DNA of 64,000 bases, taken from Chara braunii (Eukaryota > Plantae > Charophyceae). Below are positions 49,980 to 62,100 of the stretch, in pieces. Positions within the stretch are counted from its first letter, which is position 1, and every line of letters starts with the position of its first letter. The notes below the pieces were generated by a model. That model saw only the letters and a list, made by a program, of their open reading frames with translations. It was not told the origin of the DNA and did not search any database. Where the stretch lies: positions 3,048,364 through 3,112,363 of the forward strand of contig BFEA01000036.1 in the NCBI GenBank assembly GCA_003427395.1, read 5' to 3'. The position numbers were made by a program, and so were the translations under genes.

Positions 49980-52195
49980 GCAAAGAAGTCCGCCGGGATC
50001 CGAACTTGGCAGAAATAGAATCGACTGCGAACCTGTCATGAACGGGTCACCGTGCAGTGACTGTCGGCCAATCGTCGTAACAAAAGCATGGGTATGAGAG
50101 GAAGAAGACAAACAATAACATGGATTAATAACCCTCAGCCGACCCCCACAACCCCCGAGTAACTGCACGTTGATTCGGAGGTTGTGTGTCTGGACTGAAA
50201 GCCTTTGCAGCCCGCACGGCTTCGACATCGAAGCGCCTCCGCACGCGAACGACAATAATGACTGCCACCGTCAGCTACCCCTATATACCCCAACCACGGC
50301 AACGCACACGGCGAGCTTGATTGCGCATCCATGGGTCCCCGACAATAACAACACACGCGATGGACCAGGCCGCGGAAAAGGACAATTAGCACCACCCGGA
50401 ACTGGAAAGTTCGCCGCGATCCGAACCTCGTTACCACGCTCTGCCGCTGTCAGAACGAAGGCTAGTCGTGGGCGCAGCACCTCACAAGTCATCGCAGCGC
50501 GGCCCCCAAGAGACCCCTGTAAACACCGATTACCCCTATCGACCAAACAAGCCGATTTCGAAAGGTAAAGGTAGAACAGCGCGCAACTCCAGGATCCAGG
50601 CGGCGTGGAGAAGAAAATTACAACCATGGATGGAAGACCCCCCCGAAACCCCAACAAATCCCGGTCCGCAAAAATGAGAAGGCGATCTTCGTCTTATGCG
50701 ATGGCAATGTTGACACGTGACCGCGCGAACCGCAAAGCACGTCGAGGCAGAAGCATGTCGGCGACTGAACCTCACGTGTCGAGATGATTCTTTTCATCGG
50801 AGGGCAACGAAGATCAACGGCAGACCGCATTTGGACCCGGGCACTGAAACCGTCGTGGGCAATCCGCAAGACGAACACGTTTGCGCACCACCAGACCTCC
50901 GCGAATGAAAACGCACGGGGAAGTCCAAGCCTTTGAAAATGACGGTCTGAATCACGCAGAGCCTCGAAGCTCGCCGGGATCCGAACTTGGCGGGCATTGG
51001 AGCAGTAAGGAACCGGTTTTCGCGCGGCCGGTGCCATTTGAAGGGAGCGTCAGCGGGGGCACGCAAGGAACGCTATTTTCGGGCGCACAGAAGGAAGGCC
51101 ATGGCGCTCTCAAGTGGTCGTTGTGCGATAGCACTCGCAGAACAAAGGGTAGTGGTGGATGCACCAGCAGACAAATCGGCGCAGCGCGACCCCAAATTGA
51201 CCCTTGTAGACACCTATTCTCATCGTCGTTTAAGCGAGCTCGCGCTGTGCTAGTAGCAGAGTTTGTGGAACTCGCACTTCTCCGTTGCCCGGATGAAATG
51301 GATGAAAGCCCTCCCCCCCCTTGCAACCCTTTCGAACCCCAATTCGGCAAGTTGACAAGGCGAACCCCGTATCGTGCGCTAAGAACGACGACGTGCGACA
51401 GTGCGAACCGGAAAGCACGCCGAAACACGAGCACGTCCACGCCAAGACTCCGCGCACCGCGATGGTTCAAACCCTTAAGGGCCAGCAAAGATCGACGGCA
51501 GACCGATAACGAATACGTCTGCTGTCACCGACGACAACCCCCATAAACCCCTACACGGGCAGTCCGGACGGCGAGGAATTTGGCGCACCAATACTCCTCC
51601 CGCAATCAAGTCGTACGCAAAGGGCCACGCGTCATGTGAAGGACGGTTGGATTCCCGCAGATGCTCAAAGTCCTCCGAGATCCGAACTTGGCGGATGCGA
51701 GTGCAGCGAGTAACTGCTTTTCGCGTGGCTGCAGCTATTGGAACGGGTGGTTGGCGTTTGCACAGAAACAGTCGATGCTTGGCCGCACCCCCCATAAACC
51801 CCCACAAGCCATTTCTTGAAGCGAGCATTTTGCGCACCCTCGGGCCTCCAACTACCAGAACACGTCGGGATCGACGGCAGACCGCCAACGGACACGTCTG
51901 CTGCCACCGACGGCAACCCCCATAAACCCCTACAAGGGCATTCCAGACGGCGAGGAATTTTGCGCACCAATACTCCTCCCGCAATCAAGTCGCACGCAAA
52001 GGTCCACGCCTCACACAAAGGACGATTAGATTCCCACGGTTAGATTTCCGAAAATAACATGTCGAATGCGGAAATGGTTGAAAGACACCCCCCCCCCTTC
52101 CAACCCTTCCAAACCCCGATTCCGTTAGTCGACAAGGCGAAACTCGACGTGCGACAGCGCGAATCGGAAAGCGCGCTGAAACACGAGCACTTCGT
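49980..52195. repeat. GC-rich degenerate repeat region with a 22-bp palindrome (AAGTYCG-CCGRGATC-CGAACTT) and a duplication at ~380-bp spacing
   Basis: Palindrome at 49986, 50407, 50967 and 51668; 51490-51650 repeats at 51870-52040. Confidence 0.7.
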
Positions 52196-54457
52196 CAGAA
52201 GAGAGACACTGACGCCGAGTACGTGCGCCGCAAGGACCACTTATTCACGTTGCTCGACAACTACCACGGCGCCTCCCGCATGAACGTGAAGACCTTCCTC
52301 GACAGGTTGCAGTCCCTGTACTTCGTGGAGTCAGAGGAGGAGTTGACGTTCGGCAGTTACTCCTCCTTGATCTCCACGGAAGACGAGGAGACCACCGACA
52401 TCGAGTTCGACGCGACCGCGGACGAGGAGGGCAGCGACACCGAAAGCCTCGACCTGCAGTACGACCCACATCCCGCACAGCACGCTACAGGGTCGTCCTT
52501 GGCAGGTCCGTCAACAAGCCCGGCGTCCCTCGCGTCACCGATGGCGAAACCGGCGCCTGGCACTACCCCGATGAAGTTGATGCAGAGACTGCAAGCTCTG
52601 GCCTCCGGCCATCATTCACTGCGTCCCGGGTCTGACATCCCGGCCGATCATCTGTCTTGGAAGGATGCCAACATTCACTTTCTGCCTGAGCTTCAAAGTC
52701 GTTCCACCGAGGCGGACTGAGGCCATGACATGATTTGGCATCCAGGAGTCATCCAGCCAGCGATCCAAACGGGTGAGTGGATCGTGGCCGTCGCTGTCCC
52801 AGACGGAGGATGGATGCCCCTCCCCCGCGGGTCGAAGTCTGACTTCCTCGAGGTCGCTAGAATTGCGGTCCTCCAGAAAGTGAGGGCCGAGAATGATTGT
52901 TTCGCACCCGAAGACGTGTCCGTCATTTCCACAGTCGGGCGATTGTTCGCCGAACTTCAGGACAAGTGCTGGTTGGAGCTGACGGAGGACTACTACGACC
53001 TCAATACGAGCCCCTCGAAGGGAAGGGTGGACTGGAAAATCCCCCCTCCCAGTGGGACGCATGTAAGTGCAGGGTCCCGGGGACCGGACGGTGGGGAGAA
53101 CGAGGGCGACGAGGCTGGTGGCGGCAAAGGAGTCCCGCCTGGTTCGGAGGGCGGGTCTCAGGGCGACACCACGACAGCGGAAGGCAGCGGCGGGGTGGCG
53201 AGGGAGGCCTTCGGGCGTCAGCAGTCTACCGGTCCCGGTCCAGAAGGCTCGGCGCAGTCAGCGGACGTGCCCACTTCATCCGCCGGCTCGGTGATGGCGG
53301 CCTTGGTTGCTCTCCGTGCCGGCTCGGTCGAAACGTTCAAGTCCGCCGAGATCCGAACTTCAATGCTTGCAGAGCGGACAAAGAGGACAGACGCGCAGAG
53401 CTGGTCAGGAGCGGGGGTGGCGCGTCGTGATCCCAAAATAGACAGCGGTGCAGTGAGGGACGGGACTGCGCCACCTGCGGGGGATCGCCAACCGCTTCGG
53501 TCGGAGCGAGAGGGTACGTGTGGAGGGCCCGACGATAGGGAGACGACGAAGTTCGCCGGGATCCGAACTTCTTCAGGCAAGGGGGGCCAACCAGGGATTG
53601 TGGTGCCGGCGGGAGGGGTTGCGTGCAGCCGGAAGGAAGGGCATTCGTCGGAATTCGACACAGGTTCGGGCGAAGTGGCTAGAATGCATGCACGGGAAGA
53701 AGGCAGGGTTATGGACAAAGAGAAGGAAGGGGAGGAAGGAGACACAGGGGAGGAATTGGAGGAAGGAGGGGAGGAAGGGGAGGAAGAAGAGGATGAAGGG
53801 GAGGAAGGAGAGGAAGGGGAAGAAACGGAGTTGGTTGGGTTGCTAGGAGGGAAGGACGGGGAAAATGGTGAGCTCGATACTGGAGACGACAAACAAACGT
53901 TCGGCGACGACGATGACATATCTGGGGAGTGGTCTGACGGATTCGGGCAGTTGTACGGAGAACATCGCGAGGAAGACGACGACGACGATGACACGACACT
54001 GAATATGGAGACACAGGTGGTCACAAGCTTTTTGGCAGAACGTGATGATTATGAGGTCGAAGCAATGACGTCTGTCGTCAATCTCCAACACCGGTTCAAT
54101 GAAGCTCGTGTTGCAGTCAGCCTGACTAAACCGAGTGTGCGTATTGACATCGAAGAAGTTATCGACGGCATCCTGGGTGACCACCACATGTCCGCGCAGC
54201 CGTCCTCGACGCCTGGTGTCGACGACCCTCTCGACGTCAAACCTTCCGGGGGAACTGTCGTGGCTTTCTCGCCGACGAACTCTCCGATGCTGCCGCCGAC
54301 GATCGTCAGTGGAGGAGAAGGGGAGATCGAGGGACGACAAGATGTCACATCCCCGAAAAAAACTGTCGTCGGCACTCGAGCTCTCGACGTGCTGGCCTTG
54401 CCCGCGCCAACTTCACCGATTAAGGAGCGAAGAGACAAACCAGCTGGTAAGCAGTGA
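52196..54457 (+). pseudogene. 5'-deleted homolog of the large element-1 gene (C-terminal part only)
   Basis: YVRRK...YHGA...FLDRLQSLYF matches YVARRRK...YHKA...FLDRLEMMYF; *GHDMIWHPGVIQPAIQTGEW matches WGHHII*HPHHFQPALARGNW. Confidence 0.8.
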
Positions 54458-54624
54458 CAAATGCCACTCTGTCTACGCGCCAGTGACCGCAGTGTCTGTC
54501 GATGCAGGGAGTTCCTAATGCCGGCATGCTACAGCCACCACTCCTTCAAACTTCCAAGTGCATGTGAACGACCATCCTGTGAGTCGGCCAGGTCACTGGT
54601 CGTGTGCAGGGCATACGAGACAAA

Positions 54625-56320
54625 AACTTGTGTGTTTTTGTCCGCAAACCTTTCTCAAACGACTTTAAAGAAATATTTCATTCGCGTTCGCTGGGAGTAT
54701 TCCACCATGGATTGACAACCTGCTTCTTTCTGCAACGAGATTGCAAAACTATCATTTCGTCAAAATAGACATCATTTATTTTTTGAACGAAATTGAAACC
54801 GAGTTTTATTGTCAAAAACTCGTAAAAATTTGTTGTTCTTGAGGGTCCGACGTTTGTAAAACGATGGACCCCCTGGCTGTACATGGACCTAGCTTGAGAC
54901 CAGATACCTCCAGACAGTCCTGCCTGGAGGTGCCTGGTCCATGTACAACCAGGGGGTCCACCGTTCAGGAACAACAAAGTTTTACGATTTTTCGGCAAAA
55001 TAACTCAGTTTCAATTTCGTTAAAAAAAAGAAAAAATCCATTTTGACGAAATGGTCGTTGCAAAACTCATGACATCTCCGGCCATACACGAACTGGCCAT
55101 CAGGACTTTCTCCCAATACGGTATACGCTGCCCATAGACATAGGACTCAACTACCGCAATCCAATGCAATACACTTTCTTCCTTTTTGCCTGTGTAAGTC
55201 CACGATACTTTTACTTTAATCTTCCTTACATCCCCTGATTCTGATTGTTGCACTCCCTTTTTCTTGTCTCCATCCCCACCATCTTTATCTTCGTCTCCTC
55301 CATTTCCTCCGCCGCCACCCACTAGTTTCTTTACTATGGCGGGGTCAGATAATTTTTTGTTTATTTGTTCATCTAATTTTTATACACAGACTATTATATG
55401 TTTATCTACTTCCTATTCAGATCTATGCAGAAAGGAGTTCCAAACGCCTTCAAATTCAAACTGGTGGTGTTCTACTTTGTGCACGTGCTTTGACAACGCA
55501 GTGAGTTCTTTGTTGGTGTGGAGGAGGATATCGGTGAGGAGGGACAGTCGTTCATCTGTGGAAGCTTATTGTTCCTTTTGCTCTTGCGATTGCCGCTGAA
55601 ACCTCTCCCACTCTTCCTTCAGTCTTTTATTTTCTTCAAATTTCCTGCCTTTTTACAGCCACCATTTTATTATTTAGTTCTGCTTTCTTTTCTTGCAACA
55701 TGGTATTTTTCTCCGCATGATCTGCGGTTTTGGCCAATTTTGTGATAAAAATATCCCTCTCTTTATCTGACTTAACAAACATTTCTGCCTTATAGCCAAA
55801 TTGGTCCAACCCGTTCATAGCTTCCAACTTTATTCTTATGCCACGAGTTTCACTGGTCTCACCCTTTTTTGTTCGGTGTCTGTACNGTCTCTCANCATTC
55901 TCTGGTTCAATTTCTTCTTCTTCTNTTTCTTCAACCACCTTCAANTCTTCCTGCAACTTTTTTTCTTTCTCCTTCATTTCTTTTTCTAATTTTTCTCTTT
56001 CTTCCTTTACTTTCTTTACCTATTCTTCTTTTTGTTTGTTTTTTAATTCTTTCTCTTTCTGCTTCTCTGTCATGCGGCTATCCACTTTTGTTTGTTCTGC
56101 TGCAGACAATCCTTGCTTCATCTTGCCTCATCTCATCATCATATGGGAGAAGCACACCCTCCCGAAGCCAAGGGGGAAGAAGAGGTTGTACAGTCGCCCC
56201 AACATAATGGAGAGGGTCACCATACCGAACTTTGGATAGTTATCCATGATGGGGTGCTGCACAGGGGTGGCCTCCACTGTCCCACCAAGCATCTACCTGG
56301 ATCCTAGTCTACTTTCTGAG
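54625..56320 (-). pseudogene. Truncated Gypsy gag
   Basis: KVKVSWTYTGKKEESVLHWIAVVESYV...AGDVMSFAISLQKEAG; lies downstream of the PBS and LTR. Confidence 0.75.
54747..55059. mobile_element. MITE with AAC...GTT termini and 4-bp TSD (GCAA)
   Basis: Long TIRs (CATTTCGTCAAAAT...); removal restores the gag frame; relative at 60073-60365. Confidence 0.8.
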
Positions 56321-56814
56321 CGGATGGGGTCTTTTTTTTTTAAGTCTAGATGTCGTTGCTTCAAAATAATGAATTTCATAAATATAACTTTTGCTAATCA
56401 AACGCAGAATATAATTTTATTTTTTTTGTTTGCTGCCTGTCTTTCACTTCGACACCTTTCCTTATGCTTGCGTTTGTCTGGTTGTGTTTCTTTACAAGTA
56501 CTAATTAATATGGATGACAGGTTTTATGCGCAAGAGTTGACTGGAGTTATCACAATGTCAGATATACTGGAATAGTACCTCGATTTAGATCAATTCGCTC
56601 ACGGCATGTGTCACCTGTAATCTTGCGTGGCACACTGCCACCACTCCCAGTTCAATCCTATCTTTCTACCACTTATCAGACAAGATGTCAAGGCGATGAG
56701 ACCATACACTTACTCCGAGTCTCTCTAACATAACCCAGACTCCACAACCCTGACCTATAGACCAGACCAGACCAGAGGTGTTTGACCTGACAGCAGCAGC
56801 GGCCACCAGAGAGG

Positions 56815-56852
56815 CTGTCTCTTATACACATCTAGATGTGTATAAGAGACAG
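56815..56852. other. Nextera mate-pair junction adapter (assembly artefact)
   Basis: Exact CTGTCTCTTATACACATCT+AGATGTGTATAAGAGACAG between two identical 151-bp copies. Confidence 0.97.
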
Positions 56853-57295
56853 TTCTACCACTTATCAGACAAGATGTCAAGGCGATGAGACCATACACTT
56901 ACTCCGAGTCTCTCTAACATAACCCAGACTCCACAACCCTGACCTATAGACCAGACCAGACCAGAGGTGTTTGACCTGACAGCAGCAGCGGCCACCAGAG
57001 AGGAGGGGGAAGGTAGGTAGATGACACACATATTCACAGTCAACCAGGTAAGAGGGTGGAAGGTGCTTCTCTTCTTTGTAACCGTCGATGAAGTCTCCAC
57101 GTTCGCTCCAACGGTCCAATTCGCAAGTAATTCTTCACCTCCTCAGCACCTTCTTCTTCGACAATCTTCCCCCTCAATTCCAATCCAACGTCCTTCCTTC
57201 TATTCTCCTATTGCCAACAACCTCAAACCAGCATATTCTTCTCCTTCTCGCCGGCCTTAATCATGCCAGTGCAGCTAGTGAGAGTAACAAGTTCT

Positions 57296-57307
57296 ACTTT
57301 GATACCA
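57296..57307 (-). promoter_or_regulatory. tRNA-iMet-like primer-binding site
   Basis: Minus strand TGGTATCAAAGT next to the LTR. Confidence 0.75.
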
Positions 57308-57310
57308 AAT

Positions 57311-58370
57311 TTACAAGGAACCCGACTCTTCACCACTTGCTGGAGTGTTTCACATTGCATGCATGAATACAAATCACACAAATTGTGTAGCCTCACTCAA
57401 AGCTCAAAGTAAAATGAGTGGTCACCCGATAGCGCAATTCAATTATCACAACCAAATTTAATAGAGAGAATCACGAGTTCAAAAACGTATAGCCCACACA
57501 TAATTACAAGTCTTCTTCATTCAATGTGAATTCCTGGCCTGACGCTGATAGCGGCCAATCATCAAGAATGGCGCGCAACAGGTAAGTAACACCATAACTT
57601 TTTTCTCTCTCTTCTTTCCTTGTCTTTCTTCTCTCAGTCTCTCTCTAAAGTCCTGGTCTACTCACACTCATCTCGCATGCACACTCCTCGTCACATGACG
57701 ATCTACTTTGAATACTACTCACTGGTACTCCTAGTACTAACCCTTCTACTGCTACTAACTTCTACTAGCGCAGTTATGGCTTCTTCTCTCAACCAGCGGT
57801 CAGCTTCCTTCTTCTTCCTTAGTGCAGCTCTCTAGCCTACGCAGTTCACTAGCATTCTGGCTCGCAAGTGCCTCAGCACTTCCACACTCTCATGCCAATG
57901 AGTCTTTGCCGAATGGGAGGCTGGTCTGGTCCTTTATACAATTGGACTGACTGAATAAGGTCTGCGTCCAGCCTCCCTTCACCTGGGACTCTAACCCAGT
58001 ACCTGTTGATGCAAAATGTGTGTCCCAGTACCCTTTCCCATGGTCTCCTGCTGTTGTGGTCGTCGGGCCTGTCTCTTGGACTTCTTGACTGAATCAGACG
58101 TGACCCAGGGAACTGTGACTGGCCTGGGACTGCGACCTTTGACTTACTATTGAACATACGCGACCTTATCCTTAGCACTAAAATAAAACACGGTGCCTGT
58201 TGGTCCAGGACCTGACTGTGACTTTCCACACGACTTTTCCTTTTCATTCGGATGTGAACTTTGCCTAAGAGTACTTGTCTTTTGGAATGCTACACGTGAA
58301 ATTAAGCTATGTTCATCAGGCCTCACTATGTTGGGGCACTCATTTGGGGTCTGAATCGCAAAGGCCCTTT
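57311..58370 (-). mobile_element. 5' LTR of the truncated Gypsy
   Basis: Adjacent to the PBS; homologous to 43800-44326 and 6290-7389. Confidence 0.75.
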
Positions 58371-58501
58371 TATTTGTGTTTTTTTTTTTCACTTTTTACT
58401 TTGTGTTTGATTTTATTTTGGTGCCTCAAATATTTTATTACTTTCTGAAACTTTTTCCATGAGATTTATATTGTGTGAAATACACATATGTATGTTTTCA
58501 C

Positions 58502-58869
58502 CTGCGTAGCACGGCGAACGTGTTCGCACCCCTTCACGTTCGCGCGAACGTGTTCGCATGTTCGCGCGAACAAGTCGCGAACATGTTCGGGCGAACGTAA
58601 TTTTTTTCGTAAAAAAAATAAAAATAAAAAATAATTTTGTTTTCGGTTTTTTATTTTTAACTCATGATTGGCCACGAATTTGAACATGACTCCAAGGCAA
58701 AAGTTGCTTGTGTTGTCGTTTTACATAACATACAATTTTTTCAGATGTTTTGGATAACTTTTTTTTTTTTTTTTTTTTTATGTTCGTGTTCGGAGGATTT
58801 TGGGCGCTTGTTCGCGTTCGGGCGAACATGTTCGTGTTCGCCTCCGAACGCGAGCATGGTGCTACGTAG
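58502..58869. mobile_element. hAT-type MITE
   Basis: 8-bp TSD GTTTTCAC; TIRs CTGCGTAGCAC / GTGCTACGTAG; subterminal CGAAC/GTTCG repeats. Confidence 0.85.
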
Positions 58870-58877
58870 GTTTTCAC

Positions 58878-58960
58878 AACTTTTCGGGCATTTGGCTATC
58901 CGAACAAAAAATGAAAATCGGCAAAGATGGTTGTGTCGAAAATGTGCTTGCCCACCCACT
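58878..58960. mobile_element. Candidate terminus of the giant element family
   Basis: Similar to 43720-43798 (AACAAAAATGAAAATCGSCAAAGAT...TGTCRAAATGTGCT). Confidence 0.5.
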
Positions 58961-59148
58961 AATTTTAATTATCGTTTCATTTTTTCTTATTTTTCTTATT
59001 ACTATTTGTTTTTCCTATTTTATTTTTATTTCAAATTTGGTACGGAATTCAGAGGTAACGCTGAGGCAAGTATCAATGTTTTTCTTTTTTTGCAACCAAT
59101 TTAGAGATGATCAGTAGTCTCAATGGCCCCGTCACAGCGACAGCAGGC

Positions 59149-62100
59149 TTATGGAAGAGGAATCCTTTTAGTAGAAAGCGAAGCTGCTGAAGGGATCGCC
59201 TGCATGGACTGCAACCATAAAAGGATGACGGTCTTTTGCTCCGGTAGGTGGCACCGCTGCTCCCATAGCTTCAAGAATTGATCGTTTGACGGGACGTGAG
59301 GAATGACCTCCTCCCATCTCTTTTTCGCTTTGACAAGGGGAGGGTTCTCGACCTTATTCAACTGAATCCTCCTCCCCATTTTGGTGTTGTGATGTTCCAT
59401 TGGGAGGAAAACCCCTGCTTTCTCTACATCCATCCATCCACAAATGAAGGGGTCAACCTTATATGAGGAAGCCTTCCGACCGCCTGTACCCGGTTGGGCC
59501 TATCTTAACCTACACCTTGACCTCTTCCATGTATGTGTTCAGTTAGACCAATGAACTTCTTCCTCCATTAATCTTGTGAGATTGTTAGATTTAGAGTTGG
59601 TGTGTTATATCCATCTCTGAATTCTGGTACGTGTTGGCGTGGTAATTCCCAAGACATGTAGGTACTCTCTGGGTCTCGGGGGTGAAACGAGCCATGTATC
59701 TTTCGTAGGAGATTGGGGTCTCTTAAGATAAGAGATCCAGGTAGCGGGAATTGTCGTCTTCAGGATCTCAAAATATAATTTCACACATTGTGCAGCCTTG
59801 GTAGCTTTCTTCTAAGTATGTCTACTGAAATCCAATCATTACTCGATTCATCCCAGATGTCCCGGAGCGAAATAACTCTCTGGGGAACCCAGGCTTTTCC
59901 AAAGTTTCCAGGCGCTTCAGCCACTAAGAAGACTTCGCCATGACTGCGGAGAACACGGGGATTGTCAAACAGCGGATGGTTCATGATTTTCCGACAGGTG
60001 ACTGGTTCCTTAAGGGAAGGGGGTCAAGGTTTACTCCAGGCGTGCAATATATTTCTCTATAAAATTGACTTGAACAACCACTTCGTCAAAACGGACATAT
60101 TATATATTTTGAACGAAATTGAAATTGAGTTCTTGGGCCGAAATCCGGTCTAAATTTTTTGCTCATGAGGGTCTGGCATTCCTGGAACGCGGGACCTCCT
60201 ACATGTATCTGGTCCCAGCTTGAGTTCAGATACATCTAGGCGGTCCGGCATTCTATGAACACTGGACCCCGAGGAAACAAAAATTTGGACTGGATTTCAA
60301 CCTAAAAGCTTAATTTCAATTTCGTTCAAAAAATATAATATGTTTGTTTTGACGAAATGGTTGTTCTTGGGTCTTTTCTGTGGAAAGGACTGCAACCGGA
60401 TGCACCGCCAGACGTCTGGGGGATGAGAGATTTCTCATTCTGAACTTGACAGGTACTCAGCAAATAACATCCAGGCTTTTGTCGATTGTGGCAGCATAGC
60501 TTGGATTGGCCATTTGGCTAGTAATGCCAAGTTATGGTGCTTGGGATCCAGCAGTCATAATCCTCCACTCTTCTTTGGGGTTGTCATGGTCTCCCAGGCT
60601 ACTTTAGAGAGATGCCCTTGCTCTTCTGAGGCCGTGGGTTTCCACAGGAACTTCGTCGAATAGCGTTTGATGAGTGCTTACGCTTGCTCTCCCAATAAAT
60701 AAACTGCTAAGACAAACGAGAGGGTCGAGAAAACTGTTGCTGAGATGGCCAAAATCCGCCCAAATAATGAGAGGAACTTTTTGCATTGTCAGTTGCCAAT
60801 ATTCTCTCATACTTCCTGTTCCAAGATGTTATCTTGGATGAAATATCAATTAGAAAGTGAGATTTGTACTTCCAGTAGACGTTCAGAAGCTCCAGGGGGA
60901 ACCGCTAACATATCCCAATTCGCGGCGAATGTATAGGGAGCGGGGAGAAAAACTGCAGACTTATTCCAGTTGAGAAAGACTTTCGACAACGTTCAGTATT
61001 CATCTAGAGTTAAGTGTAGTGCCGAGGTTGACTCGACTGTGTTTTCCGAAGCTAATGTGAGGTCATCCGCAAGAGCCCCCCCCCTTTTTCCAATGGAAGG
61101 AGGGGTTAAAGGACAAACCTCTAACTGCTTCGTTGCGTCGGATATTGTCTACTAACACTTCGAACTGCAGGACGAATAGTAGGGGAGCCAGGAGACACCC
61201 CTGCCTGAGAGAACGCGGGAAATTGAAGGACTCTAAGAGGCACTCATTCACATTCATTCTGGCAGATGCACGAGGGTATATTGCATGAACCAACTTGTCG
61301 AAGACTGGTCCAAAGCCCATGTGGGATAGTGTGGTTGATACAAAAGCCCACCCCATCCAATCATACGCCTTCTCCATGTCTAAGAGGATGATTGCAACTT
61401 ATGTTTTTTCTTGGCCAATAATCTCCAAAGCTTGCATTGTGGCTAAAATGTTATCATATATTGCCCATTACAGTAACTCCGGACCGATCAGTTCGGGCAA
61501 ATAACGGGCCAGTCAAATGGTCAATGTTTTGCTCAAAACTTTGTAAGCCACATAAAGAAGTGATATGGGATGCCAATTACAAATCTCCATTTTATCTCCT
61601 TTCTTGTAAAGAAGGGAGATAATTCCCTTTAGCATGCCTCTGGGTAAAGTTCCTGTGAAGATTGTTGTGTTGCAGATCTTAGCGAGGAAAGGGCCCATCA
61701 CCTCTCATGTTGCCAAATGGAATTCCACCCACATATTGTCGATGCCCGGACACTTGCCCGTGGACATTTGTTTGGCCGCTGAATGAACTTCCTCTATTGT
61801 GAACGGTCTGTCTAAGCCCAGTCTCCGGGAGACGAAAGTCTGATTTGTGTGTGTTTCCAGAAGGAGGAAGAGACTGAGAGATTAGAATCAAAAGAGTCCG
61901 TTGGGTAAATCAAAGACAGAATGTCCGAGAATAATTTTGCAGCGTAGGAGCACATGGTTGTTGTAGGAACTCCAACTAGCACATTTGCTACGAATGGGTG
62001 GTGGAGTTTTCTCAAGAATGGTTTCGTGCTTTGGATTAAAAGAGAACGAAAGGTAAGCTTTGTCATTCTGTCTTGTCCCTTTATACCACGGATTTTCAAC

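Larger units (their letters stand above)
44330..54620. mobile_element. Element 2: divergent, internally deleted relative of element 1
   Basis: ORF305, transposase and the C-terminal part of the large gene, all homologous to element 1 genes. Confidence 0.65.

Noticed and set aside
49048-51984. Several 100-300-aa ORFs in the element-2 intergenic region
   Set aside because: They are antisense to the transposase N-terminus or lie in GC-rich repeats, and have no counterpart in element 1.
56815-56852. Genuine Tn5/IS50 insertion or horizontal transfer
   Set aside because: It is the synthetic mosaic end in the mate-pair junction arrangement, with no transposase.
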